A stretch of 64,000 bases of DNA from the IMG/VR virus record IMGVR_UViG_3300029704_000004; one strand, given 5' to 3'. The translations under genes were made by a program, and so were the position numbers. This stretch comes from a virus. This document shows, one piece after another, positions 40,467-49,883 of this stretch (its first letter is position 1; every line of letters begins with the position of its first letter). The notes under the pieces were generated by a model. That model was not told where the DNA came from. It was given only the letters and a program-made list of their open reading frames with translations, and did no database searches.

Positions 40467-40649
40467 ATAAAGCTAAAAAGTGACAAATTTTGAAACTTCG
40501 ATACACGTACCGGATTGGATGCCCAGGGCACTTGAGATAAATATAATATTTCAAATTCTCGTGTAAGGCGTTCAAATTCAATTTGTTACAGAGATATAAG
40601 CAGACATGAGAAAGCCGCTCACGTAGCAAGGAAAGTAGGTCTAAGCGTA

Positions 40650-40673
40650 CATACCTTTTACGGGGCGGCTTTC
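40650..40673 (+). repeat. GC-rich dispersed word, forward copy 11 (intergenic)
   Basis: CATACCTTTTACGGGGCGGCTTTC; pairs with a degenerate inverted copy at 40605..40631. Confidence 0.9.
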
Positions 40674-40684
40674 ATGCTAGATGA

Positions 40685-41041
40685 TTATATGTTTAGTTGA
40701 TATACTTCACCATCAACTTGATTATCTACAAGTTTAAGTTCAACATTAGTATCTTCAACTATAGAATTAAGAATAGAATCTTCGATAACTTCTTTAGGAA
40801 TAGAAAATTTTGACCTACTATAATTATCTCTTTCAACTCTATAAAACTTGCCATCAGTATTACTCATACTAATAGCTAGAAAATAATCATTTCGTTTAAT
40901 AGTTTCATTCCATCGTTTAAGAAACTTATAAAACATTCTAAACTTTATTTCTCTACTATATAATCTTCTAAACTTTGGTGAATACCAAGTTTTATGTTTA
41001 TCTAATTCTTCTTTTACATTATCATAAGCGTTTAAATTCAT
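40685..41041 (-). CDS. hypothetical protein
   Basis: 118-aa ORF with an ATG start. Confidence 0.5.
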   Translation of the reverse strand: MNLNAYDNVKEELDKHKTWYSPKFRRLYSREIKFRMFYKFLKRWNETIKRNDYFLAISMSNTDGKFYRVERDNYSRSKFSIPKEVIEDSILNSIVEDTNVELKLVDNQVDGEVYQLNI

Positions 41042-41049
41042 TATTGTAT

Positions 41050-42249
41050 CTACTTTTGAATATCAACTAACTTGCAATGAAAGGGTACATTCTTGATGCC
41101 CGACCTTTCGCGAAACTCACAAGTTGCAAGTTTACCAATAAAATCTTCTTTATGTTTAAGAATATATTCTTGTCTTGAATGGTCAAAATTACCAGTAGCT
41201 TCAAACAGTTCATCATTAATGTCATTTTGTAGAACAAACTTACAAAGATTAGTTCTAACTCCTTCAGGAACAACATCAACAATTTTAAACTTTGCATCAT
41301 CAATTCGTTTATATTTAAGCATAGCTAAATTACGAGCACCAAATTGATAAGCAGAATTAACATCACGAACAATAAGACCTTCAAAACCAAGACTTATAAA
41401 CTTATCTCTGAATCTTGTAGCATCAGTAATATTACTAATATTAACATCAGGTAATAATATTAATTTACTCTTGTTATTAATATGCTGTTCGTAAGTATCA
41501 AAAGTATAACATAATCTACTTATATTATCAATCTTAAACTTACGTCTAGCTTCATAACTCATATTATCAATAGCAATATCATAACACCAATACTGAAGAA
41601 GTAGATGTTGAGGAAGCTTTTCATTCTTAACAAAACTATTAATATCATTTACTTTATAACCAGGAATATAAAGTTCACCATCAAGGCAAGCTCCTTCTTC
41701 AATCATAGCATCAAGTAAATCATCTTTAATAGCTGGAAGAATTACTTCATCCATCCAAGTAAGTTTAGGAGTCCAATCAGTACCTTCTCTAGAACGATAA
41801 GTAAGTCTAACAGGATTAAACATATCATTAGTTTGTTCAGCACCAACAATACATCTAACACCATTAATTTTATACTGACCTAAATAACTACGTTTATCAA
41901 AAGGTTTATTATCTTTAAGTACTTTTGCAAGCATTGGAAGAACAAAACCTTCATCAGTAGTATTATTCTTTGGGAGATAAGTATTAAGAAAGTTAAGAAG
42001 ATTAACATCACCTTCTATTTTTAAAGGAGCATTATCTTTAAGTTCAGAAGCTTCTTTATATCCTTCTTTACGTTTAGCTTTAATACGAGATTCTATTTCG
42101 TTACCTCTACTAAGTTTAGCTTTAATTATTTCACTATGTTTATGTCCTCCTACAGCACCATAATGAATTATATATTCATTATTTTGACCATATTCATGAA
42201 TACCCCATGAAATAGGGTCACCTTTAGCATTTCTTTTAAATAGTATCAT
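41050..42249 (-). CDS. ATP-dependent nucleic-acid ligase (DNA ligase-like)
   Basis: Nucleotidyltransferase motifs: motif I YKINGVR (KxNG rather than KxDG), motif IV FEGLIVR and motif V LKYKR. Confidence 0.65.
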   Translation of the reverse strand: MILFKRNAKGDPISWGIHEYGQNNEYIIHYGAVGGHKHSEIIKAKLSRGNEIESRIKAKRKEGYKEASELKDNAPLKIEGDVNLLNFLNTYLPKNNTTDEGFVLPMLAKVLKDNKPFDKRSYLGQYKINGVRCIVGAEQTNDMFNPVRLTYRSREGTDWTPKLTWMDEVILPAIKDDLLDAMIEEGACLDGELYIPGYKVNDINSFVKNEKLPQHLLLQYWCYDIAIDNMSYEARRKFKIDNISRLCYTFDTYEQHINNKSKLILLPDVNISNITDATRFRDKFISLGFEGLIVRDVNSAYQFGARNLAMLKYKRIDDAKFKIVDVVPEGVRTNLCKFVLQNDINDELFEATGNFDHSRQEYILKHKEDFIGKLATCEFRERSGIKNVPFHCKLVDIQK

Positions 42250-42743
42250 AACTTAATCTTTAATTTACTAATAAGTTTAGCTCTAGCTTGAGCATTTAAT
42301 TGAGCAGCAGATGGAGCTTTTTCTTTCTTAGGTTTTTCAAAACCTTCGATAGTTCCTTCTTTAGCTTTCTTTCTAGTAGTACGAGTAGTCTTCTTTAAAC
42401 CTTTCTTCTTATCATATACGATAGGAGGATTATCTTCTTCATATTTAAGATTACGTTTATGTAAAGCTACAAGTTTAGAAACATATTCGTCTTTCTTATT
42501 TTCATCAATCCAACCTTGTTGAAGAGCATAATCAATTCCAATAAGAGTTCGAGTAGCTTCATATTTATAAGGAGTACCTATAGTTTGCATCATTCTCATA
42601 TCATCTTTAATACGAGAACAATCAAGACGAACACAAGCTTTAGCAACAAATTCATCAGCACCGCAAGTACTAACATCTTTAATAGCCATAGCTTTAACTT
42701 GTTCATCTACTACCATTGTATATTTTTTTGGGAAGTTAATCAT
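42246..42743 (-). CDS. hypothetical protein with basic C-terminus
   Basis: 165-aa ORF with ATGA-type overlap with its neighbours and a Lys-rich tail. Confidence 0.5.
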   Translation of the reverse strand: MINFPKKYTMVVDEQVKAMAIKDVSTCGADEFVAKACVRLDCSRIKDDMRMMQTIGTPYKYEATRTLIGIDYALQQGWIDENKKDEYVSKLVALHKRNLKYEEDNPPIVYDKKKGLKKTTRTTRKKAKEGTIEGFEKPKKEKAPSAAQLNAQARAKLISKLKIKL

Positions 42744-43222
42744 GAGCGTCTAGCAATAAGTTTAAATATTACAACTCTTTTTGGTTTACCAAGTCTTCCG
42801 TGCGCATATTGAGCCATAGCTCCAATATTATCAGTTTCATAAGTTTGATAACATTTTGTTTTTGTCTTACAAGTATGAGTATCATAATCATAGTGTAAAG
42901 GAATATGAACCCTATCCCTATAAGGTATTAAAGAATCTATATTTTCATAGTCCTCAGTACCTTTATGAAAGTCAACTTCACCATAAGCAAAAACATTATC
43001 AGAACTCAAATTAAAAGATAAATCACCTCTATGTATAATAAAAGCTTTGCCATCATCAAGCAAAGCTTCTTCTTTTTCTGTAATTGGAGACATAAGAATA
43101 CGAACTTGTTCAGTTGATCTTCCTTCTTTATTAGTCGTATTAGTATGGTAAATCACAGTCTGATAATCTTTTGAAATAGGCATCGGAATTACCTTTAGTT
43201 TTTCTGTATCGTAACTCGACAT
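42740..43222 (-). CDS. hypothetical protein (start uncertain)
   Basis: 160-aa ORF whose first 83 nt overlap the 3' end of the primase gene. An internal Met (43183) still overlaps. Confidence 0.4.
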   Translation of the reverse strand: MSSYDTEKLKVIPMPISKDYQTVIYHTNTTNKEGRSTEQVRILMSPITEKEEALLDDGKAFIIHRGDLSFNLSSDNVFAYGEVDFHKGTEDYENIDSLIPYRDRVHIPLHYDYDTHTCKTKTKCYQTYETDNIGAMAQYAHGRLGKPKRVVIFKLIARRS

Positions 43223-44363
43223 ATCTAAGAGTATCTTTTATAAAATTATCTATTTCATCGTTACTATATTTATAATGCAAATCTGCAAAATCCTTACATT
43301 CATAATTGTCAAGACCAAACTCACCACGAGTAATGAACAAATAAGGAATATTATAAGTACTTAAAAGATAATCAGCACCATCACGACCAGTTCTATCAAA
43401 ATCTAATAAACTAACAATTAGTCCATCATCAGCTAAACGATTCTTTAACCAATCATATTCGTTAGCTTTTAATCTATAATTTTCACTAGGAAGATTAACT
43501 ACACCTATTGTTAAAGCCTTTCTATCCCCCCCGTAAAAGGTATGATTAACTAAATGATTACCTAGACTTAATCTATCTTTACTTGATTTAGTAATTATAA
43601 TATAATCATAATTATCTAATTCAAGATTAGGAAGACCTTCAAGTACATTACAATTAGTTATAAATTTCCTTTCTTTTGTTCTATCTCTAAGTGGGAAATA
43701 AAGTTTTATAAGATATATTCCTTGTCTATTTCTACCCAACATATAAGCATAACATGGGTCTTTAGTAGTATATCCATATCTAGGAGTAGGATTACTACTT
43801 CTATCTATATAATACTGTTCAACAGGAATAACAAAATGAGTATTAAGATAAGCAAGATTTACACCAAGTTTATTCCAATAAGCTTTATCTCTACTATTCC
43901 AACTACGTGGAACAATTTCAATAATAGCTTTTCTGGATTTACTTTTAATAAGAGCATTTCTAATAGATTCATCTATCTCATAATGATTAACTCGATTATC
44001 TATATCATCACTAAACACACTATAAATATGTTTAAGAATAAAATAGAAATCTTGTTTATTATCAGTACTAATAGGTCTTTCATAAACAATACTAAGAACG
44101 TAAGCTACTACATCATACACATCACCAAAGAAGCAGCCATTAAAATCTCGAACTTTAAGTCTTCCTTTCATATTGTATGCAATACCCATACTACTATCAG
44201 TATCATCATCTCTAAATACAGACTTAATAAGATGATTATGTTTAACACAATCATCTACAACATTGATAGGAATATCTAGATATTTTGCAACAATATCTTC
44301 TTGACTTATTCGAGACTCTATAAAAGCCTTTGTAAGTTTAGTAGTATTAATTGTACGTTTCAT
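43140..44363 (-). CDS. TOPRIM-type DNA primase (DnaG/T7-like)
   Basis: LLDFDRTGRDGADYL resembles the TOPRIM DxD...G motif. It is preceded by IIITKSSKDRLSL where the EGxxD element would sit. Genomic context is next to SSB-like and ligase genes. Confidence 0.45.
   Translation of the reverse strand: MKRTINTTKLTKAFIESRISQEDIVAKYLDIPINVVDDCVKHNHLIKSVFRDDDTDSSMGIAYNMKGRLKVRDFNGCFFGDVYDVVAYVLSIVYERPISTDNKQDFYFILKHIYSVFSDDIDNRVNHYEIDESIRNALIKSKSRKAIIEIVPRSWNSRDKAYWNKLGVNLAYLNTHFVIPVEQYYIDRSSNPTPRYGYTTKDPCYAYMLGRNRQGIYLIKLYFPLRDRTKERKFITNCNVLEGLPNLELDNYDYIIITKSSKDRLSLGNHLVNHTFYGGDRKALTIGVVNLPSENYRLKANEYDWLKNRLADDGLIVSLLDFDRTGRDGADYLLSTYNIPYLFITRGEFGLDNYECKDFADLHYKYSNDEIDNFIKDTLRYVELRYRKTKGNSDAYFKRLSDCDLPY
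43521..43547 (-). repeat. GC-rich dispersed word, reverse copy 12
   Basis: TCTATCCCCCCCGTAAAAGGTATGATT; in the sense of the primase CDS it is read as HTFYGGDRK. Confidence 0.85.
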
Positions 44364-44452
44364 ATTGTATAAATAAAAAGGGATAGCGACACGAAGTATC
44401 GCATCACTATCCCTAGAACATTAAATCCATTAGAAGAATAATAACAATTTGC

Positions 44453-45421
44453 TTAGAATGGCATGTCAGTTTGACTAGTTGGGTCAAAACTACCAACACC
44501 AGCCATCATGTCGTTACCAGCTGTAGGAGGAACAATAGCAGCACCACCAGGCATACCAGGAATACCAGGAGCACCGATAGTTGGAGCTTTAGGTTCAGTA
44601 TCCTTTGGAGTAATTGATTCCTTAACCTTATCTACAGTCAAAATAACTGGAGGAAGAATCTGATTATCTTTCATCTTAACAATCTCGACAAAACCATTGC
44701 CAACAAATGAAGGGAAAGACAAATCTTTACTCTTGTCAACATCTACCCAAGAACCTTTACGATTACGAATTGCACGAAGAAGTTTAATCCAACAATTAAT
44801 GAACTTACCATTAGCGTCCTTAAAGCAAGGCTTAGCAACTGCACCATCAGCAAGATTAAACTGACCATTAAGCATAGCAGCAGCGTTGTCAAACATCTTA
44901 CGATAACCATCGAGAACTGCCTGAGCATCTACTGCTTCATACTCAACATTACCATTCTCATCTTCTGTGAAATCAACAAAATCAAGAGTAAGTGCATCTT
45001 CCTCTTCAATAGTCATTTCACGACCCTTGAAATAGAACACATCAAGAATATGCTTAATAGTATTAAGTACATTATCTACTTGCCATGCTTTATCTCCATT
45101 AGGAATAGTATCAACATTACTCTCAATAGGGAATAATGTCTTAACTGCATAACGACGTTCCTTTGCATCAGTATGATTACTTGCGAATGTAAATACCAAA
45201 CGAGGCATCTTCAAACCAGCAAAAGAATTACCATCTGCACTCTGAGACCATTCAACAGATACAGAATCAAGATGAGCCATAAATAAACCATTCTGAGCAG
45301 CATCTTTCTCATGGAACTTCAAACGGCTTACTGCCTGAGTGTTGTTATTAATACCTCTACGATTTACTTTCTTTGCAGCACCCTGCGCATTAGCTGCTGC
45401 ACTATTAACCTTTTCTGTCAT
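44453..45421 (-). CDS. single-stranded DNA-binding-like protein (tentative)
   Basis: A Gly/Pro-rich flexible linker is followed by an acidic tip ending in TDMPF. This resembles the bacterial SSB DDDIPF interaction tail. Locally GC-richer codon usage suggests high expression. Confidence 0.4.
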   Translation of the reverse strand: MTEKVNSAAANAQGAAKKVNRRGINNNTQAVSRLKFHEKDAAQNGLFMAHLDSVSVEWSQSADGNSFAGLKMPRLVFTFASNHTDAKERRYAVKTLFPIESNVDTIPNGDKAWQVDNVLNTIKHILDVFYFKGREMTIEEEDALTLDFVDFTEDENGNVEYEAVDAQAVLDGYRKMFDNAAAMLNGQFNLADGAVAKPCFKDANGKFINCWIKLLRAIRNRKGSWVDVDKSKDLSFPSFVGNGFVEIVKMKDNQILPPVILTVDKVKESITPKDTEPKAPTIGAPGIPGMPGGAAIVPPTAGNDMMAGVGSFDPTSQTDMPF

Positions 45422-45521
45422 AACTTAATTAAGTTTTAAAACGTTTATAAAATTGACTAAAAAAGGGAGAAGATTATTATTCTTCTCCCTCATAAATAAG
45501 ATTTTTATTTAATGAATGAAA

Positions 45522-46346
45522 TTACTCTGCATCTGGTTCTGCATCCTCAGCGTCACCTTTCTTACCGGTACGAGAAGGAACTTCATCCTTATACTCGCCA
45601 AGAGCATAGAATGTAATATCTACATCGTCCTTACCATTATTGTACTTAGAAACAATAGGGTTCTTGATATCTACATCAAATATACGCTTCATAGAAGTCT
45701 TGTCCTCAAGGTCTGACTTCAACTGCTCCCAGTTGTTAGTATCAGAGAATGAAAGCTTCAAACCAGTACCAGTTGCAGTACCACTTGCAGCAAGCTTACA
45801 ACCACTTACAGACTGCATCTGTGGAGAAGGCATATCATCTACCTTGAAAGCAGCCTTAATTTCCTCATCGGTAGCAGTCTCAGCAAGTTCATAAGCAGCA
45901 ATCAACTTATCACGATTATTCTTGATAACCTCATCTACATGCTCATCGAAGTACTTCTTCTTCTCTTCCTTTGTAAGACGAACATTAACCATAATAGGCT
46001 CACCTGTCTTCTTAAACATTGGAACACCCTTAGCAATATACCAAGTTGTAATAGCTGCTACACAAGCAGAAGTACCCTCTGGAGTATCAAGGTCAAAACC
46101 ATTGTTCTGAGCAAACTCAACGATTGCATCAACACGATTAATTACAGCTTTCTCTACATCTGCTGCATCATTAGCAAACATAATGTTGTCACCAGGCAAA
46201 AGACCAAGAGCCTTAGAAACTGCTCCTGAAATATTGAAACCGCCCTTTGTACTAGAAGCAACCAAAACTGGCTCTGTGATAACTGAGCTAACCTTAACAC
46301 CACTTGCAACTACATTAATACCGAATGATAAACCGTTAATCTTCAT
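45522..46346 (-). CDS. abundant-looking protein of unknown function with acidic C-terminus
   Basis: 274-aa ORF with GC-richer codon usage like its neighbour and the C-terminal tail GKKGDAEDAEPDAE. No secure motif. Confidence 0.5.
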   Translation of the reverse strand: MKINGLSFGINVVASGVKVSSVITEPVLVASSTKGGFNISGAVSKALGLLPGDNIMFANDAADVEKAVINRVDAIVEFAQNNGFDLDTPEGTSACVAAITTWYIAKGVPMFKKTGEPIMVNVRLTKEEKKKYFDEHVDEVIKNNRDKLIAAYELAETATDEEIKAAFKVDDMPSPQMQSVSGCKLAASGTATGTGLKLSFSDTNNWEQLKSDLEDKTSMKRIFDVDIKNPIVSKYNNGKDDVDITFYALGEYKDEVPSRTGKKGDAEDAEPDAE

Positions 46347-46417
46347 AACTTTAAATATTTAAATTGTTAATAATAAATTATAGTATAATACTATTTAATA
46401 AACTCTATTTTAAATCC

Positions 46418-47350
46418 TTATTCTGTAGGAGTAACATCTTCTGTTAAATCTTCTACGTTTACAAAGTTGTCAACATTAGGATTTGTATTGTTAACTACTT
46501 CGGATAATTCATCATCAGACATACAACCCATTAAAATATCGCCAGCTATTTCTCTAGCTCCATAGAAAAAGGCTCTATGTCCAATCATTATTCTAGTGTA
46601 CTTTTTAAAAGTATCTTTAGTAAACAAGTCAGCTTGTGCAGCTTCAACATAAGAGAAATGACCAGTTGCATGAGTTTCAATTACTTTGCCATATATCTTC
46701 TTATATCTTGTAAACTTGTACTCAGTCACAAAATCAATAGGTTTAGCTGCTGTTCTAACTACAGGATAATTACCTTCTTGAGCTACTTTAGTAGCTTGAA
46801 TTGTATTAATACACTTAACACATTTACTAGATATTTGAAATTCATCATAAATATTACCTTTCAAATCTATATAATATCTAAGTGGATAAACACCAATAAC
46901 ATCATCAGTAGTTTTACTTTCAGCTTCTTTCTGATTTCGACATTTAACACAATAATCTGGGAGATGTGTTTCATCGTAAACACTATTACCATCAGTATAT
47001 TTATACTGAGGTACATAATCTTTTGTTATTTCCCAGACTATACCTGCCCTTGATAACAGTGCTTTAGCGATGTGAACGTCAAGACCAGTTTTTCCATTAA
47101 TAACATGAATATGTTCTATACAAGTACTAAATGGTAAGCGTAAGTCTTGTGCTCGCATTAAAATTGCAAGACCTTCATTCACACTTTTAACTCCACCTTT
47201 ATCAGTAGCAATAATCTTCTTTAGAAATACTTCTGCATTTGCAAGTTGTTTCTCATCTAGAAGATTTAGAACTCTGATACCTGTATTAACATCATCATGT
47301 CTAACAGATAAACCATGACTTTCTTCGGTTTTTGTTTCAACTTCATTCAT
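46418..47350 (-). CDS. RecT-like single-strand annealing protein (tentative)
   Basis: AILMRAQDLRLPFSTCIEHIHVINGKTGLDVHIAKALLSRAGI resembles the RecT core pattern. The listed start 47365 is a TTG, so the ATG at 47350 is preferred. Confidence 0.45.
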   Translation of the reverse strand: MNEVETKTEESHGLSVRHDDVNTGIRVLNLLDEKQLANAEVFLKKIIATDKGGVKSVNEGLAILMRAQDLRLPFSTCIEHIHVINGKTGLDVHIAKALLSRAGIVWEITKDYVPQYKYTDGNSVYDETHLPDYCVKCRNQKEAESKTTDDVIGVYPLRYYIDLKGNIYDEFQISSKCVKCINTIQATKVAQEGNYPVVRTAAKPIDFVTEYKFTRYKKIYGKVIETHATGHFSYVEAAQADLFTKDTFKKYTRIMIGHRAFFYGAREIAGDILMGCMSDDELSEVVNNTNPNVDNFVNVEDLTEDVTPTE

Positions 47351-47390
47351 TATTTCAAAGAGCAATTATATTTGTTTCTTATTTACGCTG

Positions 47391-47398
47391 CAAAGATA
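47391..47398 (-). promoter_or_regulatory. Bacteroidota-type -7 box (TATCTTTG) on the - strand
   Basis: Reads GCTTATCTTTGCAGCG on the - strand, about 40 nt upstream of the ATG at 47350. Confidence 0.5.
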
Positions 47399-47409
47399 AG
47401 CATAATTTT

Positions 47410-48822
47410 TCAATCTACAATACAATAATCATAATTATTATCACTTTTAACTTCAATTTCAGTTTTATTAAGAATTAGATGATTTGCGCCATTAACACGC
47501 TCATCTAGTTTTTTCTCCTCTAAAGAGCCTTTATAATATAAGGTGTATAATTGTACCTCCTTTGCGAATTGAACCTTTGAGAGCCTATATAAGTAGGTCT
47601 CCATGGTATCACACAACGGCGACGTAATTACAACAACGTCTACATTTACGGCTAAATCCTTATCGGGAGAAGCATTTGTAGACAAAACGTGAATAGCACC
47701 TTTGTTCATCAACTTTTGAGCTAAATTTTTCTGAGATTTTACACCAAGCATTTTTGGTTTTCCCTTATTAACTCCACTCTTAATTAGAACTTCATTTCCA
47801 TTATCATCAATAGCAGGAATATTTTCTACTTTATCGTGATAATTATAACAAGTATTATAATGAGTATTATCATTAATATATTTAGTTACTTCATTTGCAA
47901 AGTCACCATGTTTATTAATAATAAGAATATTCTTATCTGCATTGTCTTCAACAATCTTTAAAATATAACTAAGTTTCTCATCAGAAGAAGCAAGAGCAAG
48001 ACTTCTACTTCTAATAATTTCGTATATTCCACTAGCACGTTCTTTAAGGGCATTTGGAGAATAAAGTTCGTCTATTTCAATATTAAATTGAATAGTCATA
48101 TCAAGATTCTCATTCCAACCATTTTGACGAGCTATGTTATAACATACAGCCATACTAGAACTATTAGTATTACTATTACCTAGACGAGCCATCTTAATTG
48201 TTTCAAAGTCACCAAAGATAGCTATAGCAGTAGATATTTCTTTATTATAATAGTCAAGTTTCTTTTTAAGATTACTATCTTCATCTATAATCAAAGGAAC
48301 TAATACTTCTTTTACGGGGCGGCTAGAACGGATTTCATCTACACTAGCTTGATTATAATAACCAACTCTAGGAATTAGATTATTAATTTGTTCTAACTTA
48401 CCAGTAAGTAGAGTTGATGATAATACCAACTTAAACTTTGCTTTGTCTAGCAGACCTACATAACAATAAAGACATTCTTTAGGATTATAAATAACCACTA
48501 AAGTAGGATTTAGATGACTAAATATATCTGTAGCTTCACTAACAGTTAAAATTTTAATCAATCCTCTAGTAATAAAATTACTATAAACATTAGAATGAAC
48601 AGGTTCGCTCTTATGTAATAGATAATCTTTAACTTTGTCTTTATCTACAAAGTCTGCAACTACAATATCAGTCTCTATTGTAGGACTTTTATTATACATT
48701 GCAGGAAGTATCATCAATAAAGGTCTAAGAACATCTAAAGGAGCAGGAATTATAAAAGTTCCAATTCCTTTATTCATTCTCCATTGATAAACACTTTTTT
48801 CATGCAATTCTTCTTCTGTCAT
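47410..48822 (-). CDS. SF2 (SNF2-like) helicase-related protein without a canonical Walker A
   Basis: The C-terminal half has HVLSTNASPDKDLAVNVDVVVITSP, which is SNF2 motif V-like. IIDEDS may be motif II. I could find no GxGKT. Confidence 0.35.
   Translation of the reverse strand: MTEEELHEKSVYQWRMNKGIGTFIIPAPLDVLRPLLMILPAMYNKSPTIETDIVVADFVDKDKVKDYLLHKSEPVHSNVYSNFITRGLIKILTVSEATDIFSHLNPTLVVIYNPKECLYCYVGLLDKAKFKLVLSSTLLTGKLEQINNLIPRVGYYNQASVDEIRSSRPVKEVLVPLIIDEDSNLKKKLDYYNKEISTAIAIFGDFETIKMARLGNSNTNSSSMAVCYNIARQNGWNENLDMTIQFNIEIDELYSPNALKERASGIYEIIRSRSLALASSDEKLSYILKIVEDNADKNILIINKHGDFANEVTKYINDNTHYNTCYNYHDKVENIPAIDDNGNEVLIKSGVNKGKPKMLGVKSQKNLAQKLMNKGAIHVLSTNASPDKDLAVNVDVVVITSPLCDTMETYLYRLSKVQFAKEVQLYTLYYKGSLEEKKLDERVNGANHLILNKTEIEVKSDNNYDYCIVD
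48303..48329 (+). repeat. GC-rich dispersed word, forward copy 13
   Basis: ATACTTCTTTTACGGGGCGGCTAGAAC; antisense within CDS 47410..48822, read as SSRPVKEV. Confidence 0.85.
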
Positions 48823-49883
48823 TGTTCTTCTTCATTATCAAATAAATCATTATATAATCCAAAATTCTTCTTTAACAAAGATTTTCCACTGAGAGTTTTA
48901 TTCTTTGAATTACCTTTCTGATTAGGACTTATTCCGAGCTTAATAGGATTAATAATCTTATAAGCTTCTTCATAATAATAAGCATAATCTATATTACGCT
49001 CACTAATATCTTTATCATCAAGTAAATTAAGAATTTGTACTGGTTTTCCACTAGCTAAAACACTACGAGCACCAGTAGTTACGTGTTCTTTCATAATCAC
49101 AACTCCTTTAGTAGAAACATAAAATCTAACATGACGTTGACTATGTATATCTACTACTTTTCCGTCAACTACTTTTTGATAAACAACTTCAAATTGTCTA
49201 CCTACATTTTGAGTTTTACAGAAATCAAGAATATCTTTATGATTACGAAGCGTTTCCATTACAGATTTACCATGAGCAAAATACTCAAATACAGCAGTAG
49301 CTACAACTGGCATATCATATCCTTTTTTAAGGTCTTTGATATACTGTTTTGGGTCTAGTGCTCCTTTATACTCAATTTTATCGTTACTTTGAATATCAAA
49401 ATAGTTATTCACATTTAAGCTAACAAGCATCTTGTAATGTTCATCATCAGCAGACATCTTATTAGTTTCATTCCATTCTTTACAAATTTGATTATAAACA
49501 TCAACTTTGTCATAAGGAAGTTTTATAACGATACCATCAGTATTTGCACTAACTACATGTATTCCTGCTAATTCAAGAGATTCACAAAGAGTCATTGTCA
49601 TTAACTGACCATTAATTGTAACTCTCATTTGTGCAAGTCTATCATAAAGCCAGAAATTTTCATAGCCATACTTTCCGTAAATAGCATTGATTACAATCTT
49701 CAATGCTTCTGCTGCAAGTTTATTATGAACTCCTGGTACTACAAAACCATCTTTATCGTCTGTATGTTTACATTTAACACGAGTTTGTTTAAAGTAATCT
49801 ACCATTTTTGCAAACACCTTACGATTAAGATGTGCAGGTACTACTTCATAACTTATCATTATACTCGGATAATATGATGTATA
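48819..49883 (-). CDS. family B DNA polymerase, exon 2 (polymerase domain)
   Basis: Begins YTSYYPS (the rest of motif A, DxxSLYPS), then KIVINAIYGKYG (motif B) and VSANTDGIVI (motif C variant NTD). The listed ORF start is a TTG whose G is the predicted last intron nucleotide. Confidence 0.75.
   Translation of the reverse strand, partial: YTSYYPSIMISYEVVPAHLNRKVFAKMVDYFKQTRVKCKHTDDKDGFVVPGVHNKLAAEALKIVINAIYGKYGYENFWLYDRLAQMRVTINGQLMTMTLCESLELAGIHVVSANTDGIVIKLPYDKVDVYNQICKEWNETNKMSADDEHYKMLVSLNVNNYFDIQSNDKIEYKGALDPKQYIKDLKKGYDMPVVATAVFEYFAHGKSVMETLRNHKDILDFCKTQNVGRQFEVVYQKVVDGKVVDIHSQRHVRFYVSTKGVVIMKEHVTTGARSVLASGKPVQILNLLDDKDISERNIDYAYYYEEAYKIINPIKLGISPNQKGNSKNKTLSGKSLLKKNFGLYNDLFDNEEEQ

Noticed and set aside
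42740-43222. The 83-nt overlap between the primase 3' end and ORF 42740..43222 as a programmed frameshift site.
   Set aside because: I found no slippery heptamer or downstream structure. An overlapping or mis-assigned start is a simpler explanation.
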